Assembly: GCA_048128005.1 (NCBI GenBank)
Contig: JBEUKZ010000064.1
Location: 62,001-126,000, forward strand
Reading direction: 5' to 3'
DNA from: Veleropilina oligotropha
Taxonomy: Eukaryota
Length of the DNA stretch: 64,000 nucleotides
In this document: positions 51,954 through 64,000 of the stretch, in pieces
Position numbering within the stretch: position 1 is the first letter of the stretch
Layout of the letters: every line of letters starts with the position of its first letter
The notes under the pieces: generated by a model
Databases searched by the model: none
Told to the model about the DNA's origin: nothing
The model's input: only the letters and a program-made list of their open reading frames with translations
Made by a program: the position numbers and the translations under genes

Positions 51954-54900
51954 GTAAGTCAGGGCGGGGTATAACGACGAGCACAGTGAGTCGGGTGGGG
52001 TATAAGGGTGAACACAGTGAGTCGGGGTGGTATAAGGAAAAGCACAGTGAGTCAAGGCGGGGTATAAGGGTGAGCACAGTGAGTCTGGGTGGGGTATAAG
52101 GACGAGCACAGTGAGTCAGGGTGGGGTATAAGGGTGAGCACAGTGAGTCAGGGTGGGGTATAAGGATGGGCACAGTGAGTCGGGGCGGGGTATAAGGGTG
52201 AGCACTGAGTTGGGGCGGGGTATAAGGATGAGCACAGTGAGTCAAGGTGGGGTATAAGGGTGAGCACAGTGAGTCTGGGTGGGGTATAAGGACGAGCACA
52301 GTGAGTCAGGGTGGGGTATAAGGACGAGCACAGTGAGTCAGGGTGGGGTATAGGATGGGCACAGTGAGTCGGGGCGGGGTATAAGGGTGAGCACAGTGAG
52401 TTGGGGTGGGGTATAAGGGTGAGCACAGTAGGTCGGGGTGGGGTATAAGGACAAGCACAGTGAGTCGGGGCGGGGTATAAGGATGAGCACAGTGAGTCGG
52501 GGTGGGTATAAGGATGATCACCGTGAGTCAGGGTGTGGTATAAGGATGAGCACAGTGAGTCGGGGTGGGGTATAAGGGTGAGCACAGTAGGTCGGGGTGG
52601 GTATAAGGATGAGCACAGTGAGTCGGGGCAGGGTATAAGAATGAGCACAGTGAGTCGGGGTGGGGTATAAGGATGAGCACAGTAAGTCGGGCGGGGTATA
52701 AGGACAAGCACAGTGAGGCGGGGTGGGGTATAAGGGTGAGCACAGTGAGTCGGGGTGGGGTATAAGGGTGAGCACAGTGAGTCGGGGTGGGGTATAAGGA
52801 CAAGCACAGTGAGTCGGGGCGGGGTATAAGGACAAGCACAGTGAGTCGGGGCAGGGTATAAGGATGAGCACAGTGAGTCGGGGCGGGCTATAAGGGTGAG
52901 CACAGTGAGTCGGGGTGGGGTATAAGGACAAGCACAGTGAGTCGGGGTGGGGTATAAGGATGAGCACAGTAGGTCGGGGCGGGGTATAAGGATGATCACA
53001 GTGAGTCAGGGTGGGGTATAAGGGTGAGCACAGTGAGTCAGGGTGGGGTATAAGGGTGACCACAGTAAGTTGGGGTGGGGTATAAGGATGAGCACAGTGA
53101 GTCAGGGCGGGGTATAAGGGTGAGCACAGTAGGTCGGGGCGGGGTATAAGGGTGAGCACAGTGAGTCCGGGTGGGGGTGAGCAGAGTGAATCGGGGTGGG
53201 GTATAAGGACGATCACAGTGAGTCTGGGTGGGGTATAAGGGTGTGCATAGTAGGCCGGGGTGGGGTATAAGGGTGAGCACAGTGAGTCAGAGTGTGGTAT
53301 AAGGACGAGCACAGTGAGTCGGGGCGGGGTATAAGGACGAACGCAGTGAGTCAGGGTGTGCTATAAGGGTGAACACAGTGAGTCAGGGTGGGGTATAAGG
53401 GTGTGCATAGTAGGCCGGGGTGGGGTATAAGGGTGAGCACAGTGAGTCAGGGTGTGGTATAAGGACGAGCACAGTGAGTCAGGGTGTGGTATAAGGGTGA
53501 ACACAGTGAGTCAGGGTGGGGTATAAGGATGAGCACAGTGAGTCAAGGTGCGGTATAAGGACGATCACAGTGAGTCACGGTGGGGTATAAGGACGATCAC
53601 AGTGAGTCAGGGTGTGGTATAAGGGTGAGCACAGTAGGACAGGGCAGGGTATAAGGATGAGCACAGTGAGTCAGGGTGGGGTATAAGGATGAGCACAGTG
53701 AGTCGGGCGGGGTATAAGGGTGAGCACAGTAGGACAGGGCAGGGTATAAGGATGAGCACAGTAGGTCGGGGTGGGGTATAAGGATGAGCACAGTGAGTCA
53801 GGGTGGGGTATAAGGGTGAGCGCAGTAAGTCAGGGCGGGGTATAAGGGTGAGCACAGTAGGATGGGGCGGGGCATAAGGCTGAGCACAGTGAGTCGGGGT
53901 GGGGTATAAGGCTGAGCACAGTGAGTCGGGGTGGGGTATAAGGCTGAGCACAGTGAGTCAGGGTGGGGTATAAGGATGAGCACAGTAGGACGTGGCAGGG
54001 TATAAGGACGAGCACAGTAGGATGGGGCAGGGTATAATGATGAGCACAGTAGGACGTGGCAGGGTATAAGGCTGAGCACAGTAGGATGGGGCAGGGTATA
54101 AGGCTGAGCACAGTAGGACGTGGCAGGGTATAAGGATGAGCACAGTAGGTCAGGGTGGGGTATAAGGATGGGCACAGTAGGATGGGGCAGGGTATAAGGA
54201 TGAGCACAGTAGGATGGGGCAGGGTATAAGGATGAGGACAGGGTGGGGTATAAGGATGAGCACAGTGAGTCAGGGTGGGGTATAAGGACGATCACAGTGA
54301 GTCAGGGTGGGGTATAAGGATGATCACAGTGAGTCGGGGTGGGTATAAGGATGAGCACAGTGAGTCGGGGTGGGTATAAGGATGAGCACAGTAGGATGGG
54401 GCGGGGTATAAGGATGATCACAGTGAGTCGGGGTGTGGTATAAGGATGAGCACAGTAGGTCGGGGAGGGTATAAGGATGAGCACAGTGAGTCGGGGTGGG
54501 GTATAAGGATGAGCACAGTGAGTCGGGGTTGGGTATAAGGATGAGCACAGTGAGTTGGGGTGGGGTATAAGGACGAGCACCGTGAGTCAGGGCAGGTATA
54601 AGGATGAGCACAGTAGGACAGGGTGGGGTATAAGGGTGAGCACAGTAGGTCGGGGTGGGTATAAGGATGAGCACAGTGAGTCGGGGTGGGGTATAAGGAT
54701 GAGCACAGTGAGTCGGGGTGGGGTATAATGGTGAGCACAGTGAGTCGGGGTGGGTATAAGGACGAGCACAGTGAGTCGGGGTGGGGTATAAGGACGAGCA
54801 CAGTGAGTCGGGGTGGGTATAAGGACGAGCACCGTGAGTCGGGGCGGGGTATAAGGACGAGCACCGTGAGTCGGGGCGGGGTATAAGGATGAGCACAGTG

Positions 54901-57900
54901 AGTCAGGGTGGGGTATAAGGACGAGCACCGTGAGTCGGGGCGGGGTATAAGGATGAGCACCGTGAGTCGGGGCGGGGTATAAGGATGAGCACAGTAGGAT
55001 GGGGTGGGGTATAAGGGTGAGCACAGTAGGTCGGGGTGGGTATAAGGATGAGCACAGTGAGTCGGGGTGGGTATAAGGGTGAGCACAGTAGGTCGGGGTG
55101 GGTATAAGGATGAGCACAGTAGGATGGGGCAGGGTATAATGATGAGCACAGTAGGACGTGGCAGGGTATAAGGCTGAGCACAGTAGGATGGGGCAGGGTA
55201 TAAGGACGAGCACAGCGAGTCAGGGTGGGGTATAAGGATGAGCACAGTAGGCCGGGGTGGGGTATAAGGGTGAGCACAGTAGGTCGGGGTGGGTATAAGG
55301 ATGAGCACAGTGAGTCAGGGTGGGGTATAAGGATGAGCACAGTGAGTCAGGGTGGGGTATAAGGATGAGCACAGTAGGCCGGGGTGGGGTATAAGGGTGA
55401 GCACAGTAGGTCGGGGTGGGTATAAGGATGAGCACAGTAGGATGGGGCAGGGTATAATGATGAGCACAGTAGGACGTGGCAGGGTATAAGGCTGAGCACA
55501 GTAGGATGGGGCAGGGTATAAGGCTGAGCACAGTAGGACGTGGCAGGGTATAAGGCTGAGCACAGTAGGATGGGGCAGGGTATAAGGATGAGCACAGTAG
55601 GATGGGGCAGGGTATAAGGATGAGCACAGTAGGACAGGGCGTGGTATAAGGACGAGCACAGTAGGACAGGGTGGGGTATAAGGATGAGCACAGTAGGATG
55701 GGGCAGGGTATAAGGATGAGCACAGTAGGATGGGGCAGGGTACAAGGATGAGGACAGGGTGGGGTATAAGGATGAGCACAGTGAGTCAGGGTGGGGTATA
55801 AGGACGATCACAGTGAGTCAGGGTGGGGTATAAGGATGATCACAGTGAGTCAGGGTGTGGTATAAGGATGAGCACAGTGAGTCGGGGTGGGTATAAGGAT
55901 GAGCAAAGTAGGATGGGTCGGGGTATAAGGATGATCACAGTGAGTCAGGGTGTGGTATAAGGATGAGCACAGTGAGTCAGGGTGTGGTATAAGGACGAGC
56001 ACTGTGAGTCGGGGCGGGGTATAAGGATGAGCACAGTAGGCTGGGGTGGGGTATAAGGATGAGCACAGTAGGACAGGGTGGGGTATAAGGATGAGCACAG
56101 TAGGATGGGGCAGGGTATAAGGATGAGCACAGTGAGTCGGGGTGGGGTATAAGGATGAGCACAGTGAGTCGGGGTGGGGTATAAGGATGAGCACAGTGAG
56201 TCGGGGCGGGGTATAAGGATGAGCACAGTAGGCCGGGGTGGGTATAAGGATGAGCACAGTAGGATGGGGCAGGGTATAAGGATGAGGACAGGGTGGGGTA
56301 TAAGGATGAGCACAGTGAGTCGGGGTGGGGTATAAGGACGAGCACAGTGAGTTGGGGTGGGGTATAAGGACGATCACAGTGAGTCAGGGTGGGGTATAAG
56401 GATGAGCACAGTGAGTCGGGGTGGGTATAAGGATGAGCACAGTAGGATGGGGCGGGGTATAATGATGAGCACAGTGAGTCGGGGTGGGGTATAAGGATGA
56501 GCACAGTGAGTCGGGGTGGGGTATAAGGATGAGCACAGTAGGTCGGGGTGGGTATAAGGATGAGCACAGTAGGTCGGGGTGGGTATAAGGATGAGCACAG
56601 TAGGTCGGGGTGGGTATAAGGATGAGCACAGTGAGTCAGGGTGGGGTATAAGGATGAGCACAGTAGGTCGGGGTGGGTATAAGGATGAGCACAGTGAGTC
56701 GGGGTGGGGTATAAGGACGAGCACAGTGAGTTGGGGTGGGGTATAAGGATGAGCACAGTGAGTCGGGGCGGGGTATAAGGACGAGCACCGTGAGTCGGGG
56801 TGGGGTATAAGGACAAGCACAGTGAGTCAGGGTGGGGTATAAGGATGAGCACAGTAGGCCGGGGTGGGTATAAGGATGAGCACAGTAGGATGGGGCAGGG
56901 TATAAGGATGAGGACAGGGTGGGGTATAAGGATGAGCACAGTGAGTCGGGGTGGGGTATAAGGACGAGCACAGTGAGTTGGGGTGGGGTATAAGGACGAT
57001 CACAGTGAGTCAGGGTGGGATATAAGGACGAGCACAGTAGGTCGGGGCAGGGTATAAGGGTGAGCACAGTGAGTCGGGGCGGGCTATAAGGGTGAGCACA
57101 GTAGGTCGGGGCGGGGTATAAGGACGAGCACAGTGAGTCTGGGTGGGGTATAAGGGTGAGCACAGTGAGTCAGGGTGGGGTATAAGGGTGAGAACAGTGA
57201 GTCGGGGTGGGGTATAAGGATGAGCACAGTAGGTCGGGGCGGGGTATAAGGATGAGCACAGTGATTCGGGGCGGGGTATAAGGATGAGCACAGTGAGACG
57301 GAGCGGGGTATAAGGGGGAGCACAGTGAGTCGGGGCAGGGTATAAAGGGGAGCACAGTGAGTCGGGGCAGGGTATAAGGATGGGCACAGTGAGTCGGGGC
57401 GGGGCATAAGGATGAGCACAGTGTGTCAGGGTGGGGTATAAGGATGAGCACGGTAGGATGGGGCAGGGTATAAGGATGAGCACAGTAGGTCGGGGAGGGG
57501 TATAAGGATGAGCACAGTAGGACGGGGCAGGGTATAAGGCTGAGCACAGTGAGTCAGGGTGGGGTATAGGGATGAGCACGGTAGGATGGGGCAGGGTATA
57601 AGGATGAGCACAGTAGGACGGGGCAGGGTATAAGGCTGAGCACAGTGAGTCAGGGTGGGGTATAAGGATGAGCACGGTAGGATGGGGCAGGGTATAAGGA
57701 CGAGCACAGTGAGCCTGGGTGGGGTATAAGGGTGAACACAGTGAGTCAGGGTGGGGTATAAGGGTGAGCACTGAGTCAGGGTGGGGTATAAGGGTGAGCA
57801 CAGTGAGTCGGGGTGGGGTATAAGGGTGAGCACAGTGAGTCGGGGCGGGGTATAAGGGTGAGCACAGTGAGTCTGGGTGGGGTATAAGGGTGAGCACAGT

Positions 57901-60403
57901 GAGTCGGGGCGGGGTATAAGGGTGAGCACAGTGAGTCAGGGTGGGGTATAAGGATGAGCACAGTGAGTCGGGGTGGGGTATAAGGACGAGCACAGTGAGT
58001 CGGGGTGGGGTATAAGGATGAGCACAGTAAGTCAGGGCGGGGTATAAGGATGAGCACAGTAGGACGGGGCGGGGTATAAGGATGAGCACAGTAGGATGGG
58101 GCAGGGTATAAGGATGAGCACAGTGAGTCAGGGTGGGGTATAAGGATGAGCACAGTGAGTCGGGGTGGGGTATAAGGATGAGCACAGTGAGTCGGGGCGG
58201 GGTATAAGGATGAGCACAGTGAGTCGGGGTGGGGTATAAGGATGAGCACAGTGAGTCGGGGTGGGGTATAAGGATGAGCACAGTGAGTCGGGGTGGGGTA
58301 TAAGGATGAGCACAGTGAGTCGGGGTGGGGTATAAGGACGAGCACAGTGAGTCGGGGTGGGGTATAAGGATGAGCACAGTAAGTCAGGGCGGGGTATAAG
58401 GATGAGCACAGTAGGACGGGGCGGGGTATAAGGATGAGCACAGTAGGATGGGGCAGGGTATAAGGATGAGCACAGTGAGTCAGGGTGGGGTATAAGGATG
58501 AGCACAGTGAGTCAGGGTGGGGTATAAGGGTGAGCACAGTAAGTCAGGGCGGGGTATAAGGATGAGCACAGTAGGACGGGGCGGGGTATAAGGATGAGCA
58601 CAGTAGGATGGGGCAGGGTATAAGGATGAGCACAGTGAGTCAGGGTGGGGTATAAGGATGAGCACAGTGAGTCGGGGTGGGGTATAAGGATGAGCACAGT
58701 GAGTCGGGGCGGGGCATAAGGATGAGCACAGTGTGTCAGGGTGGGGTATAAGGATGAGCACGGTAGGATGGGGCAGGGTATAAGGATGAGCACAGTAGGT
58801 CGGGGCGGGGTATAAGGATGAGCACAGTAGGACGGGGCAGGGTATAAGGCTGAGCACAGTGAGTCAGGGTGGGGTATAGGGATGAGCACGGTAGGATGGG
58901 GCAGGGTATAAGGATGAGCACAGTAGGACGGGGCAGGGTATAAGGCTGAGCACAGTGAGTCAGGGTGGGGTATAGGGATGAGCACGGTAGGATGGGGCAG
59001 GGTATAAGGATGAGCACAGTAGGACGGGGCGGGGTATAAGGCTGAGCACAGTGAGTCAGGGTGGGGTATAAGGATGAGCACAGTAGGATGGGGCAGGGTA
59101 TAAGGATGAGCACAGTAGGTCGGGGTGGGGTATAAGGATGAGCACAGTAGGATGGGGCAGGGTATAAGGACGAGCACAGTAGGACGGGGCAGGGCATAAG
59201 GATGAGCACAGTAGGATGGGGCAGGGTATAAGGACGAGCACAGTAGGACAGGGTGGGGTATAAGGATGAGCACAGTATGATGGGGCAGGGTATAAGGATG
59301 AGCACTGAGTCGGGGTGGGGTATAAGGACGAGCACAGTGTGTCAGGGTGGGGTATAAGGGTGAGCACAGTAAGTCAGGGCGGGGTATAAGGATGAGCACA
59401 GTAGGATGGGGCGGGGTATAAGGATGAGCACAGTAGGATGGGGCGGGGTATAAGGATGAGCACAGTGAGTCGGGGCAGGGTATAAGGACGAGCACAGTAG
59501 GATGGGTGGGGTATAAGGATGAGCACAGTGAGTCGGGGTGGGGTATAAGGATGAGCACAGTGAGTCAGGGTGGGGTATAAGGATGAGCACAGTGTGTCAG
59601 GGTGGGGTATAAGGGTGAGCACAGTAAGTCAGGGCGGGGTATAAGGATGAGCACGGTAGGACGGGGCGGGGTATAAGGCTGAGCACAGTGAGTCGGGGTG
59701 GGGTAAAAGGATGAGCACAGTAGGATGGGGCGGGGTATAAGGATGAGCACAGTGAGTCGGGGTGGCATATAAGGATGAGCACAGTGAGTCGGGTGGGGTA
59801 TACGGATGAGCACAGTGAGTCAGGGTGGGGTATAAGGGTGATCACAGTAGGATGGGGCGGGGTATAAGGATGAGCACAGTGAGTCGGGGTGGGGTATAAG
59901 GATGAGCACAGTGAGTCGGGGTGGGGTATAAGGACGAGCACAGTGAGTCGGGGTGGGGTATAAGGATGAGCACAGTGAGTCAGGGTGGGGTATAAGGGTG
60001 AGCACAGTAAGTCAGGGCAGGGTATAAGGATGAGCACAGTAGGACGGGGCGGGGTATAAGGCTGAGCACAGTGAGTCGGGGCGGGGTATAAGGATGGGCA
60101 CAGTAGGACGGGGTGGGGTATATGGATGAGCACAGTAAGGCAGGGTGGGGTATAAGGCTGAGCACAGTGAGTCTGGGCACGGTATAAAGATGAGCACAGC
60201 GAGTCGGGTCGGGGTATAAGGATGAGCACAGTGAGTCGGGGCAGGGTACAAGGATGAGCACAGTGAGTCGGGGTAAGGTATAAGGACGAGCACAGTTAGT
60301 CGATCAGAAATGGGTTACGGTGATTCTCTTTGTTGGTTCACTTTCATGGCACAGTGAGTGAATCAGGGCGGGTTATAAGGACAAGCACAGCGAGTCGGGC
60401 GGG
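51941..60403 (+). repeat. About 32-bp G-rich array (about 260 units) made of the exon 11 3' end plus splice donor
   Basis: Unit aaggatgagcaca|gtgagtcggggtggggtat. The first unit aaggacaagcaca|gtaagtcagggcggggtat is the exon junction. Confidence 0.97.
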
Positions 60404-60533
60404 TTATTGTCACAGCATATTATTAAGAATTTTTGAATATACTGACAATATAGCAAACCTACAAACCAGTATAGATAATGTAATATGTTATTGAAACACA
60501 TTTACGAATTTAACTTATTTTCATCGATTTCAG

Positions 60534-60643
60534 AAGCTGCGGTTGAGGAGAACATCCTCCCAGAGAAGCCGGAGGTGGTCGTCTTTGCTAGTTACTGCAG
60601 CACGCCGAAGTATCCCGTCAAGGTGTCGGTCCTCGGAGAAATG
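60534..60643 (+). CDS. ADGB: Androglobin exon 12 (AAVEENILPEKPEVVVFASYCSTPKYPVKVSVLGEM)
   Basis: Acceptor atttcag| and donor |gtatgg. Resembles MVVYATF..KIFSLEKM. Confidence 0.9.
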
Positions 60644-61060
60644 GTATGGGAAAACTTACGTATTAAAAGCGCATTTCAAAATGCTGGCATACAGTTACTA
60701 AATACCCCTTTATAGTTAATGCACTAACGTCATTAAAATGATTGGCGGCAATGGTTTAATAATTGGTAGAGCCTAAATGGTCAATATTTACTTGTAATGC
60801 TATACTGTCTGATTAATATAATTTCAGGTTAGCTTGTCATTACCTGCTGTATATCAGATGAAATGTTTATCTACAGTGCTTAGTTGGCACATACAGTATT
60901 AGCTGCTTTCTCTTAATAATTATTATCCATTTAGGTAGTGTTTAGCATTTGGGCAGCATTGCACTGATGGATTGTATCAATTATATTACATAAAATATGA
61001 ATAGTGTCTTACGGCTGTCTTTATTTGCTCACCTTATACCTGCCTTATTCCCGTTGCCAG

Positions 61061-61238
61061 GCCAACGCAAGTGAGAAGCTCCGCCAGACCGGTCTGTCTC
61101 ACCTGTATCCCCACCCCGTGTGGATCACGCAGACGCGTTCGTGCCCGCTGGAGGCTCCCCCTCCACCAGAGAAGGTGCCCGCCTGGAAGCTGATCCGACC
61201 TCGCAAGAAGAAGACCACGCCATCGGACGAACCCATTG
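61061..61238 (+). CDS. ADGB: Androglobin exon 13 (ANASEKLRQTGLSHLYPHPVWITQTRSCPLEAPPPPEKVPAWKLIRPRKK...)
   Basis: Acceptor gttgccag| and donor g|gttagc. Strongly resembles ADSAEKLREYGLSH..HPV..RSCPL.APP..WKLIR. Confidence 0.95.
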
Positions 61239-61538
61239 GTTAGCATTCTATCGCTATTTGAAATTATGATTCATATAAATGGTTTGAGGAACTAGGTATT
61301 TGTAAATATAAATGATTACTACATTTTTGTGAGGATAGTTATTGATTCACTAATGAAAGTTAAAACTAGAAACTTGATATTTAATACTAAATGTCAATGA
61401 TATTATTTTGACTTAACTAACTGTAAGTACTATGTATGTAATTAACATTATTTGTGCAATGCAGATTTATATGTATTGTTGTCCATATGTTATCTGATTT
61501 ATGTATGTATACCTTTAATGCATGATCTTATGTTCCAG

Positions 61539-61629
61539 AGCAACATGTTCCAAAACCTATCCAGTGCTTGGAGATTACGTCACATTTTGTAAACTACAAA
61601 GTTAGCCCTGTTCCCATTCCATCCGATAC
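61539..61629 (+). CDS. ADGB: Androglobin exon 14 (EQHVPKPIQCLEITSHFVNYKVSPVPIPSD)
   Basis: Acceptor tgttccag| and donor |gtaagt. Resembles KPERFLEISSPFLNYRMTPFTIP. Confidence 0.92.
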
Positions 61630-61761
61630 GTAAGTATAGAAATATACAGGAAAAAGTTTGTCTAAAGTTTAAGTTATTTAATCAATTCATTTGTGTTAAA
61701 ACTTTGTTTCATTTTCAAAATATCTTTTCCTTATGTTATCGATATATGTAACTGCTTTCAG

Positions 61762-61939
61762 CCATCGACCTAAGTCTGGTTTGGAACGAGGCGGCACTCG
61801 GTCACGTCCTCAGACGGCCACCATCGACGAATCAGATGAGAATCCTCCCGACCCAGAGACGCTGGAGGCCGCCAAGATCAAAGAGGCTCTGCAGAAGGAG
61901 TCGACGGAAATTCTGACGTCCGCGCCCGTCAACACCGAG
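61762..61939 (+). CDS. ADGB: Androglobin exon 15 (HRPKSGLERGGTRSRPQTATIDESDENPP...APVNTE)
   Basis: Acceptor gctttcag| and donor |gtaatc. Open frame, phases 2/0, exon-like GC content. Confidence 0.85.
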
Positions 61940-62019
61940 GTAATCTCTTTGGTTTGAATCAATGTCCCATTTTAAAACCCTTCTGGCTCATACTGAGATA
62001 TGTCCATATTATCACCGGA

Positions 62020-62460
62020 GAGCACCTGGTCGACGCAGGTGAAGCTGCTCTCACCGACCAGTTACTGACATAGTGAGGACCTGGTCGACGCAGGTGAAGC
62101 TGCTCTCACCGACCAGTTACTGACATAGTGAGCACCTGGTCGACGCAGGTAAAACTGCTCTCACCGACCAGTTACTGACATAGTGAGCACCTGGTCGACG
62201 CAGGTAAAACTGCTCTCACCGACCAGTTACTGACATAGTGAGCACCTGGTCGACGCAGGTGAAGCTGCTCTCACCGACCAGTTACTGACATAGTGAGCAC
62301 CTGGTCGACGCAGGTAAAACTGCTCTCACCGACCAGTTACTGACATAGTGAGCACCTGGTCGACGCAGGTAAAACTGCTCTCACCGACCAGTTACTGACA
62401 TAGTGAGCACCTGGTCGAAACAGGTAAAACTGCTCTCACCGACCAGTTACTGACATAGTG
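62020..62460. repeat. 55-bp minisatellite (8 copies)
   Basis: Unit gagcacctggtcgacgcaggtaaaactgctctcaccgaccagttactgacatagt. Confidence 0.95.
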
Positions 62461-62486
62461 CTCATTCGAGGATTTGAATCCACTCA

Positions 62487-63234
62487 TGTTAATCATAGCA
62501 TACAGGAGCGCGGATTGGAAGCCATGCACTATCCCCTGTTATTCATAGCATACAGGAGCGCGGATTGGAAGCCATGCACTATCCCCTGTTAATCATAGCA
62601 TACAGGAGCGCAGATTGGAAGCCATGCACTATCCCCTGTTATTCATAGCATACAGGAGCGTGGATTGGAAGCCATGCACTATCCCCTGTTATTCATAGCA
62701 TACAGGAGCGTGGATTGGAAGCCATGCACTATCCCCTGTTAATCATAGCATACAGGAGCGCGGATTGGAAGCCATGCACTATCCCCTGTTATTCATAGCA
62801 TACAGGAGCGCGGATTGGAAGCCATTCACTATCCCCTGTTAATCATAGCATACAGGAGCGCGGATTGGAAGCAATGCACTGTCCCCTGTTATTCATAGCA
62901 TACAGGAGCGTGGATTGGAAGCCATGCACTATCCCCTGTTATTCATAGCATACAGGAGCGCGGATTGGAAGCCATGCACTATCCCCTGTTAATCATAGCA
63001 TACAGGAGCGCGGATTGGAAGCAATGCACTATCCCCTGTTATTCATAGCATACAGGAGCGTGGATTGGAAGCCATGCACTAACCCCTGTTATTCATAGCA
63101 TACAGGAGCACGGATTGGAAGCCATGCACTATCCCCTGTTAATCATAGCATACAGGAGCGCGGATTGGAAGCCATGCACTATCCCCTGTTATTCATAGCA
63201 TACGGGAGCGCGGATTGGAAGCCATGCACTATCC
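62487..63234. repeat. 50-bp minisatellite (15 copies)
   Basis: Unit tgttaatcatagcatacaggagcgcggattggaagccatgcactatcccc. Confidence 0.95.
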
Positions 63235-63573
63235 ATTCTACCATCGTTGCGGCTTAAACACTGAGGCAATCTCGTCACCCAATACGTAATCTAACTAAGC
63301 AGTGAATGGCAACTGCAATTATGTGTTTGAATGAATACAGCCTAGAGTTTTAATGTTGGAACATGAAGACATATGTTCAAGGTCTACATGTTTCAGACAT
63401 ATTATTGATTGTCGCTGCCTTGACCACACTTGACGCCACATCCCTCAGCCAGATGTCAGATATTACACACTAGCATATGTAATGTTTAAGTGAACTTTCT
63501 AATGACTATAGTTGATTTTCTTTGTTTTTAAATAAATGGGAACACATTTAATGGATTATAATTTGTGTTGCAG

Positions 63574-63699
63574 TCCCTAGCTTCACAGTCTGTAGAGCAA
63601 TTGCCCGATGTTAGCATTGCTAACGTCCCAAAGAAGGAAAAAAAGAAGAGTGTAGGTGGCGTCACTGTCAAAGGCGGAAAAGAGGGACTCGCTGTAGAG
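63574..63699 (+). CDS. ADGB: Androglobin exon 16, probable (SLASQSVEQLPDVSIANVPKKEKKKSVGGVTVKGGKEGLAVE)
   Basis: Acceptor tgttgcag| and donor |gtaaaa. Phases 0/0. Low-conservation linker; an alternative in-frame acceptor at 63589 is possible. Confidence 0.75.
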
Positions 63700-63933
63700 G
63701 TAAAAAGCATTTTCATGTCAGTAGAGGTCATTATTTATTTATTTGCCTATGGTGTTCAATGTTGCAAAATGATTTCAGATAAGTTTTGTATTTGTTAAAA
63801 ATTTAGCAATTGCTTGGTATGAATATATATTGCTTGTTATAAATATGGGGGGCATAAAAAAGTTTTGTAAACTGTATTATCATCACTTTTACAAAAATTG
63901 TAGCAAACCATATTAAATTTTTTTACTTTATAG

Positions 63934-64000
63934 AGTACTGGTAAAGATCGTCGATCAAGCAAGATATCCGGATCTCCCGTGAAGGCCGACCGAAGTCGTA
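63934..64000 (+). CDS. ADGB: Androglobin exon 17, probable, at window edge (STGKDRRSSKISGSPVKADRS)
   Basis: Strong acceptor ttttttactttatag| and an open frame in phase 0. Confidence 0.7.

Noticed and set aside
51856..60293. Dozens of Pro/Leu/Cys-rich minus-strand ORFs
   Set aside because: Antisense translation of the 32-bp array, which is poor in stops on that strand.

Overview
Eukaryotic (invertebrate-like, AT-rich) genomic DNA. The window holds the 5' part of one large + strand gene, androglobin (ADGB). I traced 17 coding exons by hand from the ATG at 894 to the window end (about 1,915 nt, about 638 codons). All introns are GT-AG and all junction phases match. The encoded region covers the N-terminus, the calpain-like domain and the Lys/Asp-rich linker; the globin/IQ part must lie downstream. 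The proximal promoter has an RFX X-box and forkhead sites. Roughly 60% of the window is tandem repeat in introns: a ~19.7 kb 46-bp satellite, an ~8.4 kb 32-bp G-rich array and about ten smaller arrays. There is also a 5'-truncated LINE with its RT core amplified 4x, several SINEs, a Helitron, Helentron-type (HINE) elements and a Harbinger-like element. The most unusual observation is that four different arrays are built from the gene's own exon 3' end plus 5' splice site (exons 4, 5, 8, 11), giving ladders of about 10 to about 260 donor sites. After exon 4 the ladder is fully in frame. Most ORFs in the supplied track are repeat artefacts. Comparisons with human ADGB and with repeat families are from memory, not from a search.
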